Positions 27,902 to 36,091 of a DNA stretch of 64,000 nt are shown piece after piece. The notes below the pieces were generated by a model. The model made no database searches, was not told where the DNA came from, and saw only the letters and a program-made list of their open reading frames with translations. The position numbers and the translations under genes were made by a program. The stretch spans positions 567,295 through 631,294 of the forward strand of contig JAFDWU010000001.1 in the NCBI GenBank assembly GCA_018268315.1. Reading direction: 5' to 3'. Each line of letters starts with the position of its first letter. The stretch's first letter is position 1. The stretch is from Armatimonadota bacterium. GTDB lineage: Bacteria; Armatimonadota; Fimbriimonadia; Fimbriimonadales; Fimbriimonadaceae.

Positions 27902-28882
27902 TTGAACCCTATTTCTTTCCTGATCTTTGCCGTTCTAGCGATTCTTGGTTATCTAATCTTTGGAATTAACCTCACTGCCGGAGTGGCGACACCGATCGGG
28001 CCGTACATCGTGTGGCTCATTTGCTCCTATGGCGTGAGTTCAATGATCCGGCAAGCCAGCCAATGGGAGAAGGCCCTGATCTTCCGGCTGGGCAAATACC
28101 AAGCAACGCGCGGGCCTGGTTTGTTCGTCGTCTTGCCGTTTGTGGAAACTGCCCGCTTGATCGACACCCGAATCACGACAATCGCGATCCCGATGCAGCA
28201 GGCGATCACCAAGGACAACGTCCCGGTCTCGCTTGATGGCGTTATATTCCTTCGGGTCGATTCGCCCGCAGAAGCCATTATTCGCGTTCAGGATTACCAA
28301 CACGCCATACGCCAATATGCGCAAACCGCCCTGCGAGACGTTATCGGCGCCGTGACCCTTGATGAAATCCTTGCCGACCGAGAAGGGGTTGGCAAACGCA
28401 TCGAGCAGATGGTCGATGAGGAAATCGTGGGATGGGGATTACAAGTTGCGGGCATCCGCATTCAGGACTTGATTCTTCCCGAAGACCTTAAGAAGGTGAT
28501 GGCTCGGCAAGCATCGGCTGAGCGAGAGAAGCGAGCGAATATCACGAAATCAGAGGGCGACCTGCTTGCGGCGAACAACCTGGCAGAGGCAGCTGCGAAA
28601 ATGACCGCAAGCCCAGGGGCGCTCCAACTGCGTACTCTCCAGACTCTGGACAGCCTTGGCAGTTCACCATCCAATACGGTGGTGATGGCTGTACCCGTAG
28701 ACCTTCATGACACGACTGGGATGACCGCCCTTGCGCTAAATGTTAGCCAGCAGCGCCAGCTTCCTGCGGAAACATCGCCCGCTGTTGGGCAGTTCACGCC
28801 GACTCCTTTCGTTCAACAGAAAGTCGAACCCCAGCAAGGCATCGAGCCGGGGCCGTCTGGTTCAAACATTATCGTGCCTTAG
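27902..28882 (+). CDS. SPFH/band-7 (stomatin-like) membrane protein
   Basis: N-terminal TM segments followed by QWEKALIFRLGKYQATRGPGLFVVLPFVE...AITKDNVPVSLDGVIFLRV. TTG start. Confidence 0.85.
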   Translation: MNPISFLIFAVLAILGYLIFGINLTAGVATPIGPYIVWLICSYGVSSMIRQASQWEKALIFRLGKYQATRGPGLFVVLPFVETARLIDTRITTIAIPMQQAITKDNVPVSLDGVIFLRVDSPAEAIIRVQDYQHAIRQYAQTALRDVIGAVTLDEILADREGVGKRIEQMVDEEIVGWGLQVAGIRIQDLILPEDLKKVMARQASAEREKRANITKSEGDLLAANNLAEAAAKMTASPGALQLRTLQTLDSLGSSPSNTVVMAVPVDLHDTTGMTALALNVSQQRQLPAETSPAVGQFTPTPFVQQKVEPQQGIEPGPSGSNIIVP

Positions 28883-28884
28883 GC

Positions 28885-29514
28885 TCAGAACGCCATCGCT
28901 TGGTAATCTCGAAGGAGGCCAACAACCTTGCCGAGAACCCACGCGCTTTCTGTTCTAACCGGTATTGGATCATGACTTGGGTTAGAGGGCAAAAGCACAA
29001 TGCCGTCCTTCTGAACTGAGTAGCGCTTCACCGTCGCCCCGTCCTCCAGCTGCACGGCAACCAAATCGTTATGATTGGCTGAATCTTGCGGCTTGATGAT
29101 TACAAGATCATGCGGCAGGATGCCATCCCCAATCATCGAATCGCCCTGAATGCGGAGCAAGAAGGCATTCTTGATATTCCGAACCATTTCGGAAGGCACC
29201 GAAATGTGATCCTGAACATTGTTTTCTGAGTAGATCGGGTTACCGGCGGCAACGTTGCCATAAAGCGGGAGAGCCGTCGTGTTGCTCTGGCGGCCAGAGT
29301 TATTGCCGATAACTTTGATCGATCTTGGAGTTGATTCCCGCTCAATGTATCCCTTGGACTTCAGCGCATCAAGGTGCACCGTCACTCCTCTCAGCGACTT
29401 GATATTAAAGCGCTCGCCGATTTCTCGGATCGAGGGCGGAAACCCCCGGTTCTCGATATACTCTTCGATGTAGCGCAAGATGGCCTGCTGTTTGGGCGTA
29501 AGAGCTTTCTTCAT
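28885..29514 (-). CDS. lexA: LexA repressor (S24 peptidase)
   Basis: N-terminal wHTH LTPKQQAILRYIEEYIENRGFPPSIREIGERF. Cleavage site VAAG. Catalytic GDSM and a downstream Lys (TVKR). SD GGAGGA. Confidence 0.93.
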   Translation of the reverse strand: MKKALTPKQQAILRYIEEYIENRGFPPSIREIGERFNIKSLRGVTVHLDALKSKGYIERESTPRSIKVIGNNSGRQSNTTALPLYGNVAAGNPIYSENNVQDHISVPSEMVRNIKNAFLLRIQGDSMIGDGILPHDLVIIKPQDSANHNDLVAVQLEDGATVKRYSVQKDGIVLLPSNPSHDPIPVRTESAWVLGKVVGLLRDYQAMAF

Positions 29515-29587
29515 GATCCTCCTATAGTAGACAAATATCTTACATCCCTGTTTGTATCATTTGCAATCGTTTGTGCGTTAATTTCGG

Positions 29588-29599
29588 GATCGTTTGTTC
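29588..29599. promoter_or_regulatory. candidate LexA operator (GATC-N4-GTTC, one mismatch from the Gram-positive GAAC-N4-GTTC box) within three GTTTGT repeats
   Basis: gatcgtttgttc lies 74-85 bp upstream of the lexA ATG. ATCGTTTGT occurs twice (29566-74 and 29589-97). A third GTTTGT is at 29550-55. This is motif resemblance only. Confidence 0.25.
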
Positions 29600-29656
29600 A
29601 CATACGCCCTGCGTGTCATACTTAACGGCGCTCTTTAGCTTAGAGCAGGATTTACA

Positions 29657-31321
29657 GTGTCGATTATCAAGATTCGAAAATTGATGGATAAGGGCTGTGG
29701 CGTCATTCTTGGCGTCGTGCTCCTTCTGGTCATGGGTGTTGGATTCCTCATGACCTCGGGCGTGGGCAACCGCGGCAAGCAAGGTGGTGGGCAAAACGCG
29801 ATCCCGATCACCGCCATTGGCGCCGTTGGCACTACTCAGATTCCCGAGGCGGCCGTCGAAATGCTAGCTGGACAAAAGGCAGCCGCTACGGCGCAAGAAT
29901 CCAGCCCGGAAGCCGACCTTCAGCATGAATTCGAGGCGCTTGCACAGTGCGTTCAGTTCGCTCGAGTCCTCGAAGAAGGCAAGAAGATGGGTCTCAATCT
30001 CAAGCCAGAAGAGGTCGAGCAGGCTCGAATGGAGGCGCTCAACCGTGGCCTCAAAGAAAAGCTAATCGAGGCTGGGCAGCTAAAGCCTGGCGCCACCCAA
30101 GCCGAAATGGAGGCGAAACTGCCTCCACAAATCGCCCAGATGCGGGAAGCGGATGCTGCAAGGACGCACGATCAACTCCAGAACCCCAACACGAGCCTTG
30201 CGCCAACCGCCGAAGCGGTAATTGAGTTGATGCAGGTCAAATTTGCCCAAGACGCCAACATCACCGATGCCGACGTTAAGACGTACTACACGAACTACGA
30301 AACCCACCGACTGAACTTTGGCATGGGAGCGGCAGGCAAACAGAAGGCGGAGGCGGCAAAGGCATCCTTCAAATCGGCAAAGGACTTCGACGCGGAGATG
30401 CAGGCGCAAAAGGCTACCGCGCCCCTCGTTTTGAATCACACCAAGCTCCTGGAAAATCCCGCGCTTAAGGTCATCGCGACCACCAAGCAAGGCGAGGTTA
30501 CTGCGCCAATCGAAGGCGAAGACGGTTGGTCGCTCTACAGGCTAGAAGCCACCAGAACGGATTACCCACAAGATCTACAGAAGAATTCCGCCAACTACCG
30601 AGCCAAGATCGGCATGGAGATAGCGGATAAGAAGGTTGGCAAGATCATGGGTGGCCTTGAGTTCAGCGACGTGGTATGGTCCTCCCCAATCTACAAGGAC
30701 ATGGTGGACAGCATTCCGATTGTCACATCCAGGAATGTCAAATCGATCGTCGATTTCCTTCAAAAAGTAAAAGCTGACGCGGGAGCGTCTGCGCGGTTAG
30801 CGAACGTTCTTCAGGCGAACATTTACAACCTGCTCATCAACGTAGCGCCGGCAGCGGACAAACCCAAGTACGAGGAGCAATCCATTGAGGTCCTCTCGGC
30901 CTATCTGCAGTCGGCGGAGAGCAGCGAGTTGCGGTTCAAGCTCATCGACCTGCTTATCAAATACCGAAATGGTGCGGGCGCCGGAGAGCAACTCGCGCTA
31001 ATCGCGCGGGGCAACTTCAATCCCGATGCCGCCGGAAAGGTTAAGTACGGCAAGATTGCCAAAGTGGAGGCTGAGCTAAAGGACAAGAAGATGCTCGCCG
31101 CCGACCAGCAATCGATTATCGACAAGGCCCAAAAGGATTTCCTTGATGCGCTTGCCTCTAAGGAGCAAGCAGAAGCTCAGCAAAAGAAGGCGGAAGAAGA
31201 AGATCGCAAGAAATCTGCCGCCGAAGCTGAACGACTGAAGAAGGAAGCCGGAGCAAAAGGCGCACCGAGCATTGGCATGAAGGACCTTACGAAACCGAGC
31301 TCCACCAGCGGTAAGCCCTGA
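29657..31321 (+). CDS. membrane-anchored PpiD/SurA-N-like periplasmic chaperone candidate with a Lys/Glu-rich C-terminal tail
   Basis: N-terminus MSIIKIRKLMDKGCGVILGVVLLLVMGVGFLM has the PpiD-like topology. The C-terminus is a KEQAEAQQKKAEEEDRKKSAAEAERLKKEA coiled coil. No PPIase motif is seen. GTG start. Confidence 0.45.
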   Translation: MSIIKIRKLMDKGCGVILGVVLLLVMGVGFLMTSGVGNRGKQGGGQNAIPITAIGAVGTTQIPEAAVEMLAGQKAAATAQESSPEADLQHEFEALAQCVQFARVLEEGKKMGLNLKPEEVEQARMEALNRGLKEKLIEAGQLKPGATQAEMEAKLPPQIAQMREADAARTHDQLQNPNTSLAPTAEAVIELMQVKFAQDANITDADVKTYYTNYETHRLNFGMGAAGKQKAEAAKASFKSAKDFDAEMQAQKATAPLVLNHTKLLENPALKVIATTKQGEVTAPIEGEDGWSLYRLEATRTDYPQDLQKNSANYRAKIGMEIADKKVGKIMGGLEFSDVVWSSPIYKDMVDSIPIVTSRNVKSIVDFLQKVKADAGASARLANVLQANIYNLLINVAPAADKPKYEEQSIEVLSAYLQSAESSELRFKLIDLLIKYRNGAGAGEQLALIARGNFNPDAAGKVKYGKIAKVEAELKDKKMLAADQQSIIDKAQKDFLDALASKEQAEAQQKKAEEEDRKKSAAEAERLKKEAGAKGAPSIGMKDLTKPSSTSGKP

Positions 31322-32007
31322 TGGGAAAGCTGACCCTGGTCGGCACGCCGATCGGCAATCTTGGCGATCTGTCGCCACGTGCGAAGGAAGCTCTCAGCGA
31401 AGCCGAGCTGTGGATCGTGGAAGACACGAGGGTAAGCGGGCGTCTTCAAAGCCACCTGGGGTTGAAGGTCCCGATGAAGGTGCTGAATGAGCACACTCAG
31501 CCTCATCAGGCAGACCGCCTCTTCAAAGAAGCCTTGACCAAACAGTGCTGTCTTCTCACCGATGCCGGAATGCCCGCAATCAGCGATCCTGGCGCAGAAC
31601 TCGTTGACTTCTACCGCAACCATAGCGGCGAGGTCGACGCGATTCCCGGCCCCAGCGCCGTCACCACCGCCCTTGCTCTAAGCGGATTCTATGCCCAGCG
31701 GTACTGCTTCTTGGGGTTTCTTCCCCGCAAGCACGGGCCGATGCTGGAAATCCTAAAACCGTTTGCCGATTCCACGTTCACCGTCGTACTTTTTGAATCT
31801 CCGAACCGTCTCCTAAGTTTATTAGGCGTTGTGCATGAGGCCATGGGGGAGCGAAGGTACGCAATTTGTCGGGAGATTTCGAAGCTTCACCAGCAAGTTT
31901 TTCGTGAGAAGCTGCCGACAATTCCAACTGAAGAGACTGTTCCTCTTCGTGGTGAATTCACCATTGTTGTTGAAGGATTGCGTAGAAGAGAGCGACAGCT
32001 TGGGTAG
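31321..32007 (+). CDS. rsmI: 16S rRNA (cytidine1402-2'-O)-methyltransferase
   Basis: GKLTLVGTPIGNLGDLSPRAKEALSEAELWIVEDTR...DAGMPAISDPG (tetrapyrrole-methylase fold, RsmI family). The ATG overlaps the upstream stop (TGATG). Confidence 0.9.
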   Translation: MGKLTLVGTPIGNLGDLSPRAKEALSEAELWIVEDTRVSGRLQSHLGLKVPMKVLNEHTQPHQADRLFKEALTKQCCLLTDAGMPAISDPGAELVDFYRNHSGEVDAIPGPSAVTTALALSGFYAQRYCFLGFLPRKHGPMLEILKPFADSTFTVVLFESPNRLLSLLGVVHEAMGERRYAICREISKLHQQVFREKLPTIPTEETVPLRGEFTIVVEGLRRRERQLG

Positions 32008-32008
32008 C

Positions 32009-32986
32009 ATGGAGGAAGCGCGAAAATCACGGATGGATCATCGCTGGATGCTGAATCGATTGCTAACTAAACTTTTGCTGTGTGGCCTTTGCCTGTTCTC
32101 GGCCGCATGGTCATTTGGTCAACTTGGGCCAGATGGACTCTATCGACTTCAAGCAGACGACATCATCCGACTTCAGCTTCGCGACGATAACCAAGTAGGC
32201 GGCGAAATCCCCATTGGTCCCGATGGCTATTTCAACGTGCCCTTCGTAGGCGCGGTTAAAGCCAGCGGGAAAACCACTAACGAGTTGGAAGCCGAACTTG
32301 TAAAGCTTTACCGAGAAAAGCTGGGCTACCGAAACCCTCGAATCTCCGTCACGATCATCCGCTATCGAGCCATTCGAGCTACCGTCAACGGATTTGTGGC
32401 CAGGCCAGGCGCCTACGAGATGCGCCAAGGCGACACGATTCTCGTTCTGCTTGGCCAAAGCGGCAGTCTGCTGGCTGACCGAGCCGATGCGCGCCGCGCA
32501 ACCCTTCGCCGAGCTAATAGCCGCGAGTTGATACCGATCGATCTTCAAGCGCTGATCTCGGGCGACACCAGCCAGAACTACAGCATTAACGATGGCGATG
32601 AATTGAACGTCCCTGAGCGCAAGCGACCGACCATTACCGTCCTTGGAACCGTTCTTCAACCCGGCATCTACGGATTCAACGATGAAATGACGCTGATGGA
32701 CGCCATTGGTGAAGCCCATGGCGAAGTCCGTACCCGCTCAATCATGAGCCACGTGTACGTGACCCGCACCTTGCCCAGCGGACAGGTCGTTCGCTACCAG
32801 TGCGACCTTATCAAGTTCGGCAAGGGCGATTACGCGCAGAACATCACGCTCCAGCCAGGCGATTTCGTCTACGTGCCGGAGAACAAGTCGCCAGACCTTA
32901 ATCAGCTATCGGCTCTGCTGAATACGCTGTACTTCTTCAACCAGCTGGGTCGAAGCAACCTGCTCGGCCTGAAGATTTTCCCGTAA
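32009..32986 (+). CDS. polysaccharide export protein (Wza-like Poly_export + SLBB domains)
   Basis: The start at ATG 32009 (MEEARKSRMDHRWMLNRLLTKLLLCGLCLF) is chosen because the longer ORF overlaps rsmI. YRLQADDIIRLQL...IPIGPDGYFNVPFVGAVKASGKTTNELEAELVKLY...VNGFVARPGAY. Confidence 0.75.
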   Translation: MEEARKSRMDHRWMLNRLLTKLLLCGLCLFSAAWSFGQLGPDGLYRLQADDIIRLQLRDDNQVGGEIPIGPDGYFNVPFVGAVKASGKTTNELEAELVKLYREKLGYRNPRISVTIIRYRAIRATVNGFVARPGAYEMRQGDTILVLLGQSGSLLADRADARRATLRRANSRELIPIDLQALISGDTSQNYSINDGDELNVPERKRPTITVLGTVLQPGIYGFNDEMTLMDAIGEAHGEVRTRSIMSHVYVTRTLPSGQVVRYQCDLIKFGKGDYAQNITLQPGDFVYVPENKSPDLNQLSALLNTLYFFNQLGRSNLLGLKIFP

Positions 32987-32989
32987 GGC

Positions 32990-33859
32990 TCACATAAAGA
33001 GCTGTTCGGCGAAGCGGTCGGCCTTGAATTCCTGCAAGTCGCCTTCCTTCTCTCCGATGCCCACCAGCTTGATCGGCACCTTAAACCGGTCGTAAACGCC
33101 GATGAGGGCGCCACCGCGCGAAGAACCATCGAGCTTTGTTAGGACTAATCCCGTAACGTTTGCCGATTTGATGAACTCTTCCGCCTGCCGCAATGCGTTT
33201 TGACCAGTGGTCGCGTCAAGCACCAACAAGACTTCGTCTGGAGGCCGACCAAGGGCCTTTTCAGTCACCCTCACAACCTTCGTGAGCTCGCCCATCAGGT
33301 TCCCTTTGCTATGCTGGCGGCCGGCAGTGTCGGCAAGAACAAAATCGTATCCGCGCGCCTTGGCGGCGGTAACTGCGTCAAAGATCACCGCGCTGGAATC
33401 CGCGCCCGGCTGAGTGCGCACGATCTCTGAATTCGTTCGCTTGGCCCAAATCTCAAGCTGCTCAATGGCTGCGGCGCGGAACGTATCTCCCGCTGCCAGC
33501 AGCACCTTCATGCCGCGCTTGGTCAGTTTCTGAGCCAATTTGCCAATGGTGGTGGTCTTCCCCGCGCCATTTACGCCAACGAAGAGGAAAACCGTCGGGC
33601 CCTCTTCGGCGATATCCAAACCGCTTTCGCCTTGCCGGAACCTATCCGCGATCAGGGACTGCAACCGCGCCTTCATCGCCATGGGCTCGACAATCTTCTC
33701 ATCCCTTACCGCTTTCCGCAGGCTCTCAAGGATCTCCTGAGCTGTGTTGATGTTGGTATCGGCTTGTAAGAGCGCCTCTTCCAGCTCCTCGTAGAGTTGC
33801 TCATCAATGACTCCTCGACCGAGCATTCGGTCGACTTGGTCCATCAGGCGCTTGAACAC
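32990..33859 (-). CDS. ftsY: signal recognition particle receptor FtsY (NG domain only)
   Basis: FLFVGVNGAGKTTTIGKLA, DTAGR, TKLDGSSRGG. 289 aa. GTG start. Confidence 0.92.
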   Translation of the reverse strand: MFKRLMDQVDRMLGRGVIDEQLYEELEEALLQADTNINTAQEILESLRKAVRDEKIVEPMAMKARLQSLIADRFRQGESGLDIAEEGPTVFLFVGVNGAGKTTTIGKLAQKLTKRGMKVLLAAGDTFRAAAIEQLEIWAKRTNSEIVRTQPGADSSAVIFDAVTAAKARGYDFVLADTAGRQHSKGNLMGELTKVVRVTEKALGRPPDEVLLVLDATTGQNALRQAEEFIKSANVTGLVLTKLDGSSRGGALIGVYDRFKVPIKLVGIGEKEGDLQEFKADRFAEQLFM

Positions 33860-33958
33860 GGGAGTTACTGTACCGAATAGCCCGATTTCTTAACTGCAAG
33901 AAATCAGCAAGCCAAAACGCCATCTGCAACGCAGTGTCGAATAGAATGAAAACTGTTA

Positions 33959-34354
33959 ATGAAAATGTTGCTCCGCTGGGTGTTGCTCGCTGTATCGGTT
34001 GCGATCGCGTCTGCCATATGCGTCGCACTCGGTCTCGGATTCAAGGTTCATGTTGCCTCAACCGGCGACGCCTTAAAGCTCTTGTTGGGGGTAATGATCC
34101 TCAGCTTCCTCAATGCCACCCTTGGCAAGATACTGAAGTTCATTACGATGCCATTGAGCTGCCTGACCCTCGGCCTATTCGCTTTGGTGATCAACGCTTT
34201 GGTGCTGATGATCGCAGCCTCGCTCAACATGGGGTTTACGCTGGAAGGCTCCGGCTTCCAAGCATTCATCGCTGCCTTTGTGGCAAGCATTCTGATTTCC
34301 CTCGTCAGCGGCGCCCTCGGCGTATTCTTGCCCGACAAGAAGAACGATGATTAA
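33959..34354 (+). CDS. phage-holin-family-4 / YvlD-like small membrane protein
   Basis: Four hydrophobic segments. GKILKFITMPLSCLTLGLFALVINALVLMIAA is typical of PF04020-type proteins. This ORF is preferred over the overlapping frame 33934..34350. Confidence 0.65.
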   Translation: MKMLLRWVLLAVSVAIASAICVALGLGFKVHVASTGDALKLLLGVMILSFLNATLGKILKFITMPLSCLTLGLFALVINALVLMIAASLNMGFTLEGSGFQAFIAAFVASILISLVSGALGVFLPDKKNDD

Positions 34355-35654
34355 CCGCTATCGCGTACGGCGCATTTTCGCGCCCACGAAGGGTCTCAGC
34401 GGTTCGCTCCTTTTGCTGGTCTTGGGTATTGCCTGCTTCCTGCTGGGGGCTGCCCTCAGCTTTAAGGAAGCCATCGAGCCCCTCCTCGACTTCATCGGTA
34501 CCGGTTCCAAGAACCTGATGAACCGTCTGCTTCCGATTGAAGACATGGATGTTGCCGCCCACATGCTGGGAGGCGCTCTGCTGCTCTTGGGGATCGTTCT
34601 TGGCACCCTCGGCGCTCGAGCCGCGTTGAGGTTGCTTGTCGAAACGCTTACGCCCGGGCTGCGCACGGGCATGGCCAACGCCTTCATCCGCCGTCAGCAG
34701 CTTTCTCAAGGACCCCATATCGTCGCCCTCGGCGGCGGCACCGGCCTTAGCACCTTGCTGCGCGGTCTCAAGAACCACACCAGCAACATCACCGCCGTGG
34801 TCACCGTCACCGATGATGGAGGCAGCAGCGGCCGCCTGGTGCAGGACAAGGGCATGATCCCTCCCGGCGATATCCGTAACTGCCTCGTGGCGCTTGCCGA
34901 GGCGGAAAGGGCGATGACCGATCTGTTTCAGCACCGCTTCAAGCAGGATTCGGGCACACTTTCCGGCCACTCGGTTGGCAACCTGCTCATCGCCGCGCTT
35001 GTCGACCAGGCCGGCGGCGACTTTGAGAAAGCGGTCGACACCGCCAGCTCCGTTTTGAACATCCGCGGGCGAGTGGTGCCTTCAACCCTCGATCATGTGC
35101 GCCTTGGCGCGCATCTGGAAGATGGCTCGAAGGTAATGGGTGAGACGAAGATCGCAAGCTCGGGCAAGCTCATTCAAGACCTTTTCTTGGAGCCCGCCGA
35201 CGTAAAGCCCCACCCGGACGCGATCGAGGCGATCGCCGAGGCGGACCTGATCTGCGTTGGACCTGGCAGCGTCTACACCTCTCTTATCCCCAACTTGCTT
35301 GTACCTGGCATCGTCGACGCGATTGCCGCAAGCAGCGCTATAAAAGTCTTCGTTTGCAACGTGATGACCCAACCGGGCGAGAGCGACGCGTTTACCGCCA
35401 GCAGCCACGTCGAAGCGGTGGAGAAAGTGATCGGCCGCAAGCTATTCAACTACGTGCTCGTCAACACGGCGGTGCCAAGCCCGGCGGCCATCGAAAAGTA
35501 CCGCGAGTTCAACCAGTTCTTCGTCGATCCTGACGCGGATCGCATCCGGCTCCTCGGCTATCGCCCCGTGCTAGACAATGTGATGAGCGAGTCCGACCTT
35601 ATCCGCCATGATCCGGCCAAAGTGGCAGCCCGCCTCGTCGAGCTCGTGACGTAG
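34347..35654 (+). CDS. yvcK: YvcK-family gluconeogenesis/cell-shape factor (CofD-like) with a two-TM N-terminal extension
   Basis: [42 protein letters not shown]...[14 protein letters not shown]. Confidence 0.88.
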   Translation: MINRYRVRRIFAPTKGLSGSLLLLVLGIACFLLGAALSFKEAIEPLLDFIGTGSKNLMNRLLPIEDMDVAAHMLGGALLLLGIVLGTLGARAALRLLVETLTPGLRTGMANAFIRRQQLSQGPHIVALGGGTGLSTLLRGLKNHTSNITAVVTVTDDGGSSGRLVQDKGMIPPGDIRNCLVALAEAERAMTDLFQHRFKQDSGTLSGHSVGNLLIAALVDQAGGDFEKAVDTASSVLNIRGRVVPSTLDHVRLGAHLEDGSKVMGETKIASSGKLIQDLFLEPADVKPHPDAIEAIAEADLICVGPGSVYTSLIPNLLVPGIVDAIAASSAIKVFVCNVMTQPGESDAFTASSHVEAVEKVIGRKLFNYVLVNTAVPSPAAIEKYREFNQFFVDPDADRIRLLGYRPVLDNVMSESDLIRHDPAKVAARLVELVT

Positions 35655-35660
35655 GCCAAC

Positions 35661-35689
35661 TTGACAGGAACACCCGAAACAGGTATCAT
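35661..35689 (+). promoter_or_regulatory. sigma-70 promoter for rpsO-pnp (TTGACA-N17-TATCAT)
   Basis: Perfect -35 TTGACA (35661-66), a 17-nt spacer, and -10 TATCAT (35684-89). This implies a ~100-nt leader before ATG 35798. Confidence 0.6.
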
Positions 35690-35797
35690 CTCTCCGAACT
35701 GGGAAATCGTGCCGTTGTCCGGAGGTTCCTGTTGGGAGCCTGCGCAGAGCGGCAAAGACCTTGGTTCATAAGCAACGGAGGCTTTCACAAACACCGC

Positions 35798-36079
35798 ATG
35801 CCGCTAGATAAGACGACTAAGCAAAATATCGTTACCGATAACGCTACCAAAGAAGGGGACAGCGGTTCCCCCGAGGTGCAGATTGCATTGATGCACGCAC
35901 GCATCCAGCAGATCACCGAGCACCTAAAAGTCAATCCGAAAGATTTCCACTCCCGACGAGGACTCCAAGTAATGGTTGGCAAGCGCCGCCGTCTTGAGGC
36001 ATATCTGAAAAGAAAGGATATCAATCGATACCGCGCACTTATCCAGAAGCTCGGCATTAGGGAAGTGAAGCCCCGCTAA
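35798..36079 (+). CDS. rpsO: 30S ribosomal protein S15
   Basis: [12 protein letters not shown]...[52 protein letters not shown]. Confidence 0.95.
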   Translation: MPLDKTTKQNIVTDNATKEGDSGSPEVQIALMHARIQQITEHLKVNPKDFHSRRGLQVMVGKRRRLEAYLKRKDINRYRALIQKLGIREVKPR

Positions 36080-36091
36080 GGAGGCTTCCAA

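Noticed and set aside
33934-34350. Alternative frame ORF (138 aa) overlapping the holin-like gene.
   Set aside because: Its product is Arg-rich and non-hydrophobic, whereas frame 33959..34354 gives a clean four-TM YvlD-like protein that ends with an overlap onto yvcK.
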